Below are positions 46,801 to 59,200 of a DNA stretch of 64,000 nucleotides, piece by piece. The DNA is from Amoebophrya sp. A120. Its lineage: Eukaryota; Protista; Dinoflagellata. Position numbers and translations under genes: made by a program. The first letter of the stretch is position 1. Every line of letters begins with the position of its first letter. The notes beneath the pieces were generated by a model. The model was not told where the DNA came from, did no database searches, and saw only the letters and a program-made list of their open reading frames with translations. The stretch lies in contig CAJINV010000012.1 in NCBI GenBank assembly GCA_905178155.1, positions 1,244,492 to 1,308,491 of the forward strand, written 5' to 3'.

Positions 46801-49800
46801 GGCGGTCGGCCCTAAGCACCGAACGCCAAGAACTAACCCCTAAAAAACCAAGTCCATCACCGACCCTGCGCCAGACCTGCGGCCGCTCCGGTAGTGATGC
46901 GGGGGAGGTCGGTGGGGAGGTGATGCGGGGGACGTGGGGTACTGATCCGGGTCGGCTGGTGGTGCGTGGGGAAGTGCGTCAAAGGAGTAGGGAAGTGATT
47001 CACATTCCTACTTTAGGTGTAGGATTAGGTGTAGGTCTGATTGTCAACAAACTACTTTCCGCGCCCTCCGGCTCCATGATCTCGATCAATTTATCCGATG
47101 ATTTTTGTTGGAGTTTTAACAAACATTGCTCTTTCAACGACGATCTCGTCAACGACGAACTACTGCCCCGGTCGCTGGTCATAAAGCGCAATCGAAATTG
47201 ATCAGTGCGCAAGCGTTCTTGTCTGAAATGCAAAAATGTCTGGGACTGGATGCGTGCAGATGTTTCTCATGCTGTTTTTGCCTGGCCCAGGAGGTCTGGC
47301 ATGCAAGAGAGACCTAGCGCCACGGGCTTCAAGAAGGCTCCCTCTTAATCTTAATGCCTAATCGTCCGCATGACAAATCCCCCTCTTTTGGGATCAGGAA
47401 GCGAGCAAAATGACAGACCCCTTGTGTGGTATTGCTCGAACGCATCGAAAGCTTGCATGTTTCCTTTTCCAGGACCCGACATACTTACTTGCATTTAGAT
47501 ACGTTGTTTATCCCCGAGAAAAAAGCTGGCGAGCGTTTCTTTCTGTATATGCAAAAACAAGTGCCAAACTAGAGCAAAAATAAACTCTTTCGATTTTTAT
47601 AAAAAAACCAAACAACGCGAACACGCGAAGAACGGAGGCTGCTTTCTGGGGCTTTTAAGCCTTTTGCATTTTTACGCGAATAGCAATTGCGCCCAACCAA
47701 TCCCAATCGCCTGGGCCCGCCTGGGCTCCTACGGTTTCCGGGTGCTTCGAATATCGAGGCAAGCGCCTCTTAGTCTGGCTCCACAGGTGCCGACCCCAAA
47801 AGAGCCAAAAGTCTTTGCGGTGTGTGCGCACTTCTAGCCAAGTTCCCAAGACTTTTGCCCATCTTACATGACGAGCCGGGCGCTTGCTGTTCGCAGAGGC
47901 GAGCAAGCCTGAAAGAACAGAAAAGCTTCCGCAGATTTCTTCCGGCCCCGCGCGCTCCGAAGGGGGCGGCTAGGGCCTCCGGGGGTCGGTTTTGGGGGTG
48001 CATAAATTACAGTCGTCGGGTTCTCATTGGAAGAAGGGAACCGCTTTTGGAGGTTGTATTTGGGGCTCTCGCTCGTAGCACATGGAAACCGGACCTGGGG
48101 AAGACGCGAGGACGAGCGCCCGGGGGCGCCGATCGTTCCTACCCGCTGGCTTTTGGCCGAAGTTCCTCCTATGTGAAACACAGCAGCCGTCAGCCAAATT
48201 GGCAAGGGAGACGGGATCCGCAAGCGGCCTTTCGAGCAGGTTGAGAAACCCAAAAAAACGGCCTTTCCTTTTCGCGTGTCCGCGCGGGATCGATTTTTTG
48301 AGATCGCAAACTTTTTCTCTTTTAATCAAGAAAGAGAGAAAGATAACCTACATAGTTGATGCTGATGCTGATGGCGAAGCGCGGGCGCAACGCGGGCGGA
48401 GGGGCACCGAGCGACCTGAAGGGTCCGAAGACGTGCCTTTTTTCGGGGGGTAGAAGAGGGCTAAACCCGCGCGCAAAACTTCGGCGGGCCTCAATCCATC
48501 AAAAAAAACAATTTGTGCGTGAACGCAGCAAAAAGTAAAAATGACGGAAGGAGGTCTTGTAAAGTAAAGCCTTCAAAAACCCGACGTCCTTATGTTCTTA
48601 ATTCTTATACTCCTAACGGTGGTAGCAACACCAGGAGTCCGCACGAAATGAAAGAGTAACGCGCAGCTACACGTGCATGGTCAGGCGCGAATCGCCGGCC
48701 ATCCACAAGCGGAGACCAAACATAGTTAATAGCTGATAGCTGATAGCGCCACGCGGACGTGACCACCGGCGGCAGGGACGACCTGAAGGGTCTGGAGACT
48801 CCCCTTTTTTCGGGGGGGTAAGAAAGCTAAATCCGCGCGCAAAACTTCGGCGGGCTTCGAACTACACAAAGATCCTGGCTGTGCGTGAGAGATGCAAAAG
48901 GATCAAGAAGTAGTAAGAAGTCGAATACTAAATAGCTTTCAAACACCGACGTCCTTACGTTCTCATGTTATTTAGCTCCCGACGGTGATCGCAGCACCAG
49001 GAGCCCGCACGAACTTGAAGAGCTAGGAAGGACAATATACGACGAACATCACGCAGTTGAGCGCTGGCCTTCCTCTCGTTCCACTGCACGCGTGATGCCT
49101 CTCCGCCAACCTCGCAACGTCTTCTAAAAATGGCCCGGCTGACTACACTCGGGTCGGATGCCGCTCCTGTTGTACTATAGCTGGGACTTGCGTTTTTCGA
49201 ATGGTAGTGGAGACGATCTAGACCGTAGACTAGACCGCCCCCTTTCTACCGTCGCGGTTTTTTGTAGTCAGTTTCGTAAAGGCCGACCGGAAGACGCAGG
49301 GGTGATTTACCTGTGGCCTTGTAGCCCGATTCCGATCATGTTTCACTCTAGGGCCTGCGCTTGTACTAACCGTTCTACGCCATGGCAGCAGCTTATCATG
49401 TGCTTTTTCGCACGGATCTTCAAAGAGCAAGGCGGACCGGAGTGAATTAACCAGAGATTTTTGAAAAAGATCGACCTGGTTCAAGTCTGCAAGGTTGCTC
49501 TTCTGCAGTGGGTGGAGGGCAGACGAACACGAACATAAGGAAACTCCCCACCGGGCGGGCTCTCGGCCGTCGTTCTGCGGGTCCCCTGGGTTGAATGCGG
49601 CGCGCGGCTATTCTACTGCTTTACCACGTAAGCACTAGTAGTAGCTTAGGCGCCTTGTCTTGTTTTTTCTTCTTGCTGTTAGGAAACTAGTGTGGCGGAC
49701 GAGCGACAGCCTCTGTACCACGATCACCGCTTGCTACATTCACCCGCCCCCGTTCGAGGACGGGTCGAGCCTCGCAGTGTCGTGCTCTCTAACTTCTTAA

Positions 49801-52800
49801 CTATGCGCGGTGGCTTCACGCTACTACCTACTTGACCGCCTCAGCAAGCGCCTCAACAAGTTCTCTACTCTGTCTCCGTTCCCATCTCCACCACCTTCCG
49901 CCTGGCGCACCCTCATTGCCCTAGACCCACCTGCTTCGATGTGCCCTGGCTGACGCAGCTGGTCACCGGTTCCGCTCCTCCCGCGCTAACACCCCGGGAC
50001 TGCTCCTGCAGCCAGAGGTGTCATGTACTCCAGATAAACCTAAAGCGAGGGGGGAAGGGTGGTGGGGTTTTTCTGGGTGCAGGTTTTTCGGAGAAGTTGC
50101 CCGGCTGAGCGTAGCCCCCTCGTTCGTAGCAGTTTGTCGGCTTTGTTCGTTTTCGTGTTGGCGGTCTCTCTCCTAGAGCTTCCCGATCCAGCTCGCTATT
50201 TTGTTCAGGTCCCTCTCCTGGACCTTGCTCGGCTTTTTCTCCGGTTGCCACTCTGCCACGTCTTTGTAGTCCGCCTCGTCAAAAACCGCCTGTCCTCCTC
50301 TGATCGCGTTCGCTAGCCCCGTGGGCAGAATTCCTCCGTGTGTCTGCGAGGCCTTCTCGTAGAAGTTCAGGATGTTCTTCACGTTTTTTCGCTCCCGGAC
50401 AAAACTTATGCATGGATCCATGGCTTTTATGCATGGCGCGCCTAGGTGTTCTCTTCGCAATTGCACTAGCGTAGGGTCTTCGCACTGAAAAAGCAAGTGG
50501 TCTGCACTTGGCACTACTTTCTTTTGACAGACTGGGCAGGTCATGTAGCTCTCTTTTGGCGTCTGTGCGTTGTGTGTCGTTCTTCCCATGCCTAGCCGAC
50601 CTGGGTGGCCCACCCCTAGCCACACTGTAAACATGACGTCGTCTACAAACCTTGGCCTTTTTTCCTCACTTTGGTACTCTCCTAACTGGCTTGACCTCCT
50701 AAGTCGGTCGGGGTGGGCACTGTTGCTGCTCTGGGGGCTGCTTTTCACGATCTAGCTCACGATCCGCCTGAGCAACTTCTCTGTGATAACTTTTCCATAG
50801 GTTCTACGTCCCTCCGACGAGTCTCCTACGTATCGCAGCCCCCTTGCTGCAAGTGCGTCTGCAAAATCGTTGAAAAAGTTCCCCAGGTGTGACGGCACCC
50901 AGTTGAAGTGAATTTCGCATCCTGGCGCCGATAGCTCCTCCAGTTTTTCCAGTTCCTTTACGATATCGATCACCATGACGCTGGACTTGTCCCGCAGTGC
51001 TTCCAGCGCCATCAGGAGACCGCTGGAGTCGATGTAGAAGACGTGTTTTGTTATGGATTTTAGTATCTGCTCTGGTGCCTTGTTTATTAATTCTCGTATT
51101 TGATGCATTAAACCAAAACACTCACCATCGAAGGAATCTGGATTGATCTCTAGCTCGTGCCAGATTGTCGATTCGACTCCGCAGAAGCTGGCCGCTACTG
51201 GCGCTGGTCGTGGTGCTGTGGGCAGCACCTTGTGCCAGGTTGTCCCGCCTCCACTACCCCGGTCTCCTTTCGCTCCTCCGTCCGTGAAGGTCGCCATTGT
51301 GTTTGGGTGTGTTAAGTGTCTCCTTGCTTCTTTCTCTATTAGCTGCGCCGGCATCTTCCTGGTTCTGTTCTTCATGCGGTGGTCTTTTGTTTCAGCTGGG
51401 TCTCGGAGCCTGTATCTTTTTGCTACTTTGTACATAGGGGAGATGCTTACTTTGTTCACCCCTTTCCAAAACTGCCGGCCGACCTGCAGGCTCTTCGCGC
51501 TATTCGCAACGTGCTGAAAGTCCTGGCTGATCGCAATGCGGTTTATTCTGTTGGTCCAGGCTTCGTCACAGTGCGCCCATAACGGATTCTCCGTGCATGT
51601 GGTTGCAGCAACTGGGTCTCGTGGAAGATTAATAACCTCGGGATCGGGGATGTCGTCGGTCACTGGGGGATCATCGTCTTCAGGGCGGCCGATGGCGGCG
51701 CTCTGGTCTTCTTCGGCGACGCTGCCACCTGTGGAGGCAGCTTCTACCTGGGAGGGGGGTTGGGAGGGGGGGGCGGGTTGCGTTCTTTCCGCCCGCTCTA
51801 CTTCTTGACTTGGCCTGTAGTCAGGTATCTCTGCCTCTTCCGTGTGGAAAGGCCAGAGACCGAGCGCTGCCCCCTTGTAGAATGTCACTAATGCTTCTAC
51901 TAGCAGACAGTCCACAGGTGGCTGCAGCCCCGTCGCGTTATACATGACCGCATTGCTGCACTGCTTCGGAATGCTGAGTCTTTGTTTTCTCTTCGATGCA
52001 AAAGCTTTCGCGATGTTCTTCTTTGCTGTTTTCGTGAAGTACGGAAATGCGACGACTGAGATGGATGTCACAGCTGGGTATGCAAATGTTTCTATTAACA
52101 TCTTTTGTTGTTTCCGACTCCATCCGCGTTCTGTTTGCAAGAATGCAAATTCTTTGCCTATTTTCTTTTCAACTTGGTCTGCATGCGTCGAGAAGGAATA
52201 TGTCCCGTCGTACGTGCCGCCGAGACTCTTCCCAATCGTCGACTTGGCTTTTGGTCTCCGCGCGTTGTAGACCACCCGCTTGTGCTTATTCGCGTCGAAG
52301 AAGATTTTCTGCTTCAATCCCATCTGCTTCATCTTCTCCGGGAGCTTCTCGGTCTCCTCGCCCTCCGCTACTACTACTGTGATGTCGTCACTGTACGCAC
52401 TTAGTGCGTTTATTATGTCCAGGGCTACTAGGTCTACTATTAGGGAGATGGTGCACCCGTTCCACACCGGGCCGCTCAGCGGTGACCCCTGTGGCTTTCC
52501 GACCCACAGGCTGTACTCTCGTCCGCCTGGAAGCTTGATCTTCCGCATCTTCAGAAAGCCTGCTACGGAGGCTCTTTGTTGTGGTGGGCAGAGCTTAGCT
52601 TCTAACTGGCCTAGTGCTTCAACATGACAAACAATATCAAAACCCGAACAACAACCATTCAAAATCACTGAGCACTATAAATTCCATTCAAAATCACTGG
52701 CCTGGCGGAAAATTCCATCTATACTAACTACGGTCGAAAACTCCTTACCGTGGGACTGCCTGTACGCGTTCGAGAACTCGGGCTGCACTGATGTACTTCT

Positions 52801-55126
52801 ACCTATTAACGTTGCTCCTTCCCATTTCCAGCCGTCAAGGTATAGGCATTGTCGTCGGTCAAGCATGTTGTCGAGGGGCTTGCTGAAAACGGAGCATAGG
52901 CCCACCGGCCTCATCAGTGACTCTAGGAAACACCCGCCTGATACTTTCGGAACCGCCGCCATCGAGATTAGCCGCCCCATCTTCGGGTATGTGCCTTCCT
53001 TCACGTCCGCTGCCATGCATTGGAACATCGCCCACTTCATCATTGGGCCTGCATGCCTAGTCATCTCATGCGTTGTCATACAAAAACCCGGGGTCCGGCC
53101 CGGCTCTAACTTTCTTACCGCTGCTTCGAATTCTTGATACGAGAGCAACCACGTGGCACCCCCTTCGGCTTCTGCGTTAACTTGCGCCTTGTTGTAGTCC
53201 TTCTCCGCGGCTCGCCACGCCGCCGCCACGTCGTCCTTCGCCGCGACTCGCTCGCCAAACTCCTCGCATACTTTGTATGGTTTTTCTCTGAAGAAGTTTT
53301 TTATTATTCTGCATATCTCCGCCGGCACTCGCGTGCATTCGTCCTCGAGCGGGGCAGGGTTTACCTTTTTCGCCTTGAGGACCTTATTTGCCTCCTGGAG
53401 GTCCTTCGCTTCGCACCCTGTCGCCCGCTTCAGGTACTTTATTCGCGTACTCTCATCCGCCTTCACCATCACTTTCGGGAAGCCCGTGCTCCATTTATTC
53501 CGTCCCTTCCGTTCACTAATTCCGGCCCAATCGATATCCTTCGGGCGGGCCGTTTCGTCGTCTTCTGCCGCCGCCGCCATCTCCTGCAAGTGATTCTTTT
53601 CGTCCAGCTCCTTCTTCTCCATCTTCTGCTCAGCCTCGTCTTTTTTGGAAACTTTTTCTTTTCTTTCTCTTTTGTATTTCAGTGTCTTCATGCCTACATT
53701 CTTAAAAATATTTCTTATTTTCATCAAAGTCTCGCCCGCTTTCGCAGTGCTGATTGTCATGCCCTGCACCCAGTCCTCCCGCGACGCGATCCCCTCCGTC
53801 CAGTAATCGACATATGTGCTCTCGCTTCCCTGTAAATTTAGTTTTTTGAAAAGCTTCTCCGCCTCCTTGTCCACCTCTCTCGTAAACCGGTCCCACTCCT
53901 TAGTCGTCGCTTCTTTTACCCGAAATACTACTCTATTTTTGTCTTTGAATGCTGGCGGCGGTTCTAGCTCGAAGTCGTAGAGCTCTAGAAAGTTGTCCGT
54001 CACACTGAACGTAGTCTGCAGCAGATTGTGGTCGCTTGATTTCATGCATACTGACTTTGTTCGCTCATGCCTAAAATATCTCGCTTCGTATACTATTACA
54101 CCGGGTGACGTCTGTGAAACTGGGCGCGTCACTAGTTTCCTGGTGTTTGCCTGGGCCCAGTTGCCGTCGTGGTCTTCTGCGGGCCCTAGGAGTCCGCTGA
54201 GTATCGCACCGGCAGGGTTGTCTTTGTTGAGCTTCTTCTCCCACTTCACCGACCGCGCGTTCAGATCGCCGAGGAGAATCATGGGGGCTTCCTGTTCAGG
54301 GTGTACCGGAAGGGAGGCTGGTCCCATCCTCCCCGGCGGGCTGTAGATACCTGCAATGCAAACTTAATCAATGACGGTCTGTCTTACATACCTGACACAG
54401 CGCGCTATGGACTTGCCCATGAAAGATTTTTCTCGGAGATGTATGCATTTATTGTTTGTTATTCTGCAACTGTGCTTATTTTTTTAACATTACAGATATG
54501 ACCTGCCAGCTTTTTTCTGTGGCATATTGCTTCCTGTTGAACAATTTGGGAGAGGTTCCACCGCTCCGGACGAGCAGTTTACTCAATTCGGACACCAGAG
54601 GCTGGAATTCAAATTTAAAAAAATTCCATTGTCCAAAATATGGGGCCATCCAGAATAATTCCACTGGAAGCCATCCAGAATAATAATTCTGGACCTCCGA
54701 GAAGGAGCCCAAAAATGCCGTTACGCACTTCTCAACTGCGGCTTCACCACCTTCTCGAGCGCCCGCGCCACCGACCTCGGCAAACTGACCAGCCTCGTCC
54801 TCGGCAAACCGACGAGCGTTCTCGCAATCCTCCGCAACTTTGTTCCTGTCTACACCCGAGGCTTCGAAGATGGGATTTGTTGTTTGTGTGTAGTCTGGTG
54901 CTGTATTCCTCTTCATGATCCAGTTGGATATCATCTTCCACGCGGGCTTTGCTAGTAGATCTCTCTTCTCATCGCAATGACCACCGGAAGGGAAACCGCT
55001 GTCGAAGCCGGCCTCCTCTGCTGATGATGCATCTGTATCATCGGCGTTAGATGATGATATATCCGTATCATCGGCGCCAGAGCTGTCGTATCCCACAGAG
55101 CCGTCGCAGGTACACAAGCTCCCCAT
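43850..55126 (-). CDS. Multi-exon gene, single-pass membrane protein with Cys-rich juxtamembrane segment; function unknown
   Basis: Exons join in frame across 7 element introns and one canonical GT-AG intron (43920..44070). Transmembrane segment GWLLAVLACLGVVMLLLIFYFY is followed by CLYNCW..CCC. The start MGSLCTC is uncertain. Confidence 0.7.
43920..44070 (-). other. Canonical GT-AG intron
   Basis: GTATTT...TTTTCCTTTGCAG with a pyrimidine tract; no TIR. Confidence 0.75.
44165..44405. mobile_element. Introner, singleton family P
   Basis: TIR TATG(C/G)AAG(T/C)GAAGCAC; TSD unrecognisable, but removing element + 5 nt is in frame. Confidence 0.7.
44489..44695. mobile_element. Introner family A (diverged)
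   Basis: TIR; TSD ATCCT. Confidence 0.85.
44998..45125. mobile_element. Introner family C (internally deleted)
   Basis: Both C-type TIRs; TSD decayed; join in frame. Confidence 0.8.
45215..45347. mobile_element. Introner, G/D-related
   Basis: TATCCAAGAGAAAAAAAC...GTTTTTTCTCTGCGATA. Confidence 0.7.
46370..47010. mobile_element. GC-rich TIR element acting as an intron
   Basis: TIR GAATCACTTCCC; subterminal CACTTCCCCA repeats; ends approximate. Confidence 0.7.
47219..47501. mobile_element. Introner family A (diverged)
   Basis: TIR; TSD CGTTC/CGTTG. Confidence 0.8.
48351..49022. repeat. Diverged direct repeat, two ~300-bp copies, period 370 bp
   Basis: CATAGTT..GACCTGAAGGGTC..CGCGCGCAAAACTTCGGCGGGC..CACCAGGAG..CGCACGAA starting at 48351 and 48721. 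Confidence 0.85.
50173..54363 (-). mobile_element. 5'-truncated non-LTR retrotransposon (APE-RT-RNase H-zinc finger; I/Ingi-like), two in-frame TAG stops
   Basis: APE: GIYSPP, LLGDLNA, SSDHN. RT: RPVGL, SGFDIVCH, GKPQGSPLSG, YSDD. RNase H: FTDGG, YIDS, WVPSH..NDFADALA. C-terminal CPVC..ADHLLFQC. Confidence 0.92.
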
Positions 55127-56255
55127 CTTCTACTAGAAGCCTTCTTCAACTATATTCACGAGTATCAGCATCAACCGACAACACACGAACCAGCTCATGC
55201 TCTGACTTTAAGTCATCCTTCGGGTCTAATTCTTCTCTCACATTTTCATTTTGTGCAGGCTTATTAATATTACTACCATATATTCACTTAGCATGTGGAA
55301 TACACAAGTAAAGCACTTTCAGAGAGGTGGTCCTACATATTACGATGACGCACCTTACTCTTCTGTTCTGCGACACGTGTCAAGGCGATCGATTTCTTCC
55401 ACTCAAGCTCGCCAAAATGCACTTCTGCTCACTCCTCCTACTGCACCGCGTTTGCGCTTTCATTCTTTCGTCGTTTACGAAATGCCCATAGTGACCAAAA
55501 GGACGCTCGTACCAGATAAGGCACGTGGACGAATCCGACCTCCAGCGATGAGATTGCGATAGGTAAGACACTATTTGTACAACACAAGGTTCCTTTCTCG
55601 TCTTGAAAGAACAGAAGAAAGCACCTGCACCCTTGCGTGCCGTATGAAGGTGGAGGCAGTTATTTTCATACTCTACCTCGTGGCTCTGGTTACCTTTTAT
55701 GTGGTTTACTTGTTCTCAAGGTACTCATGGTAACTCAGATGAGTTGATCAATTTTCTATAATCGTGCAACAAAAGCAGAGATGAAGCTACAACTTGACAA
55801 CATACTTACATCCTCTGCATGCGAGCTCAAGAAGAACAAACGCGCCTCGTTATGGACGGATTCAAGAACAAAATAAGAAGTAGAGCGGAAAATGTTGGCG
55901 ACAACAGAATCGATACGATAGAAGTAGAAAGTGGGAATTGAAATTCATAAATCAGAGTCACAAGAACCTCGAAGTAGTGTAAAAACTGCAGAGCAGCGCG
56001 TTGTTCTTATACCAGAAATTTGTGTGTAGAAAGACAAAAAAAAGCATGTGAATCCATTACAGGAACGATCAGAATACATACGAAAAACAAGTCAACGAAA
56101 TTCCACGACCAGGACTGGTACAAAACTAGTGCAGGGATTGCATTCAAGGCCTGACACCAGTTATTTGCTGCGAACCAGCGAAGTAATACAGTTCATGCCC
56201 TCAAGATCGCCTCGCAGGGCCCTCCTTTTTTGACTTCACAGCGGTTCCTTCCCCC

Positions 56256-59200
56256 TCACTTCTGCACCCGGCTGATGGCCTTCTGCGCGGCCTGGCGGAA
56301 GACTTATGCATTGTAAATATGTCCTCTGGGTCTCGAAGATTGCAAGGCTTGATATGCATCTCGTGGAGCACAAAATTGGCCTGCAAAGCACCCCGAGCAA
56401 AGGCGTCATGGATCCCGCAAGGGCAAGAGCTTCTTAAAGCCAAGACCGCATGAGAAATCCGCCCTTTGCGTGCCAAGAAGTGGGGAACACTTGCCGTCCA
56501 TGCAGCTGCAGCACAGATTTTTGCATGATTCAGATTTAGCATGTTGACAAGTTGCTGTGTTCCAGGAGGCCCAGACATATTTCTTGCAGTGGATAAAACT
56601 TCGCGAGCCGCAATCTTCCGCTTGGCAATGGCCACGCCCTGCAGAAACACCGCCTTCAGCTTATCCGCTGTAAAAACGCCTCATACTACCCGTTTTTGTA
56701 GACTCCATTCTTAGTTCCAGTCGCATACTCGTCATGCTAAACAAAATGCAGAAACCCGATTAGCCACGCAGGCCCTTTTCCAGTGAGCGGAGTTGCGTTT
56801 TTTGATTCTGTTTGCGAAAATTTTATCTTTCTCCGAAGCAAAATGACGAACTTTCTGCCCTCGTGGTGACGCGGTCATATTTTTCTAGTCGCACCCCGCT
56901 TACCATGCATATGAAGCAAAATACGCCTCCTTTTGACTCGTGTAAGTAGCACAACACAGCTCCTTTTAGTTTTGGCCAGGCGGCGTGAAAGACGTTTTCA
57001 CACAGGATACAGCTTGCCCTTCTGCTGCGCGACGCTGGCGGCCTGCTTCGCGGCGATGAGCCCACGGGCGTGCTGCATCATGTCCGATTGTCTCACACAG
57101 AAAAAAGATACTAGCGCATCACATGTGTATCACATGCAAGGATCATGACAACCCGGAAACAGCTCAACTGGGGGTACTAACCCACAGCTGCAAGTGCAAG
57201 TGTATGTATTCCACATGCTTCTAGACAGAGGAGGGTGCTCTTCGACGTGTGCTTGCTTTTATGTTTGCCATTGCAAGCCGAAAAAAGATAAGAAGTATGT
57301 TATCCTTTAACTCTAGACCGCTCGGAATGTAATCGTGATTCAAACGGAATTCAAACTGAATTCAAAAAGTTGGCATTTTCAAAAAAACGCCCCTCCAAGG
57401 GGGCGAATCGGGCGAAAAAAATGCGGCGCACGACAGCCATAGAAAACGGCCTCTAGCCGCTTTCACGCGAACGCTGCGCCCTGTGCTTGGTCCAGCGGAC
57501 CAGGCGCGAGGGGCGAGGCGATCCCCGGCCGCGATTCCCAATGCGGTCAGCCACCCAAGATCGCCCAGGCTGGTCTCGGTAGGTGAAGTCGACTGGAGGC
57601 ACAACTCTGGTGTCCCGGACCACAAAATCCCATCCCCCACCAATTCAAAATCCATCCGAATTCTGTCAGAATCCGTCCGTATCAAGAAGCCAAGTAGGGG
57701 ACAAAATTCGGACGGAATTCCGAGCTAGTACGGCGCGGAGCAGCCCGCGGGCGTGCTGCATCATGTCCGGTTGTCTCACACAGAAAAACGATAGCTAGCG
57801 TGTCACACCACTTGTATGAAGGTCGCGCCCGGAGGGCGATATTGGTAACCAAATGCGTGCGCGAAAATCTAAGCAGCGCGAAAGCCAAACCAGCCGCGCG
57901 GCGAAAGCGCGGCCCGGCGGGCCGCGCTTTCGCCACCACCATTTCTTTTAATTAGAATCCCACTTCTTCTTCTTGAGCCGCGGGCCGCAGTTTGCGGTCG
58001 CGGCCCAAGGGCCGCGGACAACTACTGTCGCCCGCGGCGGCCCGCAGGCTCCTGCGATAAGCATTGAAGGCGAAATCCGGTCTGCTATTTCGCAGCGGGG
58101 CATCCTTTCTAGCCCCCTGCATGACAAACTGGCCACCTGGCCCGGAAGGTATGAGGAAAACCGAAAATCCGGAAACCCTTCCGAGCAACCAAAATCGGGC
58201 AATTCAGACGCGGCGGAGGTGCCGAATTTGTGCCCACAACCCAGACCAAATGCGGACTTTGGGACATGCCTCCGCCCGCTTCTAGTCCGACTTTTTTTCC
58301 CCAATCGCGATGGTATGGCGCAAGCGCGCGCCCGCCGGACCGCCCTTGGTGGCCAGTTTCTAAGCCTGCCGAGGGTTCTCGACTTTCGCCTATTTTTGCT
58401 TTTTTTTCAAGTTTTTGGGCGTGCTGCATCATGTCCGATTGTCTCACACAGAAAAACGATAGCTAGCGCGACGTCGCACTACTTGTATCACATGCAAAGA
58501 TCATAACAGGCCAGGACTATCGGTCTTTTCGCGTAGCCCACAGCTGGAACTGCATAAAGTCCACATGCTAGACAGACGAGGCTGCTCTTGTTCTTCGACG
58601 TGTACTTACATCTGCAATTCCAAGCCGAAAAAAGATAAGAAGTATGTTAATCTGCTACTATCCTTTCTCTGCGTGATAGGTTTCTCGGCCTGCTTCTTCA
58701 TCACCTGCAGCTTTTTCATGGACATCATCTTCATGGACATTTTCATCGAAGCCATCTTCATCGAAGCCATTTTCATCGAGGACATCTTCTTATGCATTGC
58801 AAATATGTCTGGGTCTGGGAGATTGTCATGCATATTTTGCAAGACTCATGACGCCAGTAATGCATGCCCTAGCATCACAGATTTTTTGAGGGCTTCCTGA
58901 TCCTGATGCCTATTCCGCATGACAAATGCCCTCCCCGCGAAGCACAAACTGGACTCCTGCTATTGCTGTTCATGCAATACAGATTCTTTTTAGAATCCAA
59001 AGACAGCATCACAAGTTGCAACCTTCCAGACCCAGAGGACATATTTACATTTGATACTTCTTCATGCTCATCATTTTCATGGACGCCATCTTCTTCATGT
59101 ATGAGAGTGCACCACTCGTCCCCCTCCCCTCATTTGTAAGTATAACATCAACACCAACACAAGCAACGGCAGAGATGTGGCTTCCGCATGACAAACCTGT

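Larger units (their letters stand above)
47509..54526. mobile_element. Introner family G expanded to 7 kb by a LINE and unassigned DNA
   Basis: Left end TATCCCCGAGAAAAAAGCTGGC; right end GCCAGCTTTTTTCTGTGGCATA; TSD TTGTT/TTGCT; flanking exons join in frame. Confidence 0.8.

Noticed and set aside
48410-48440. Hammerhead or HDV-like ribozyme
   Set aside because: CTGAAGG lacks the CUGANGA..GAAA core, and the would-be HDV L3 loop is purine-rich.
50173-54363. Stop-codon reassignment (reported for one Amoebophrya lineage) as the explanation for the in-frame TAGs
   Set aside because: ~27 kb of host exons contain no in-frame stops, and both TAGs sit in local duplications.
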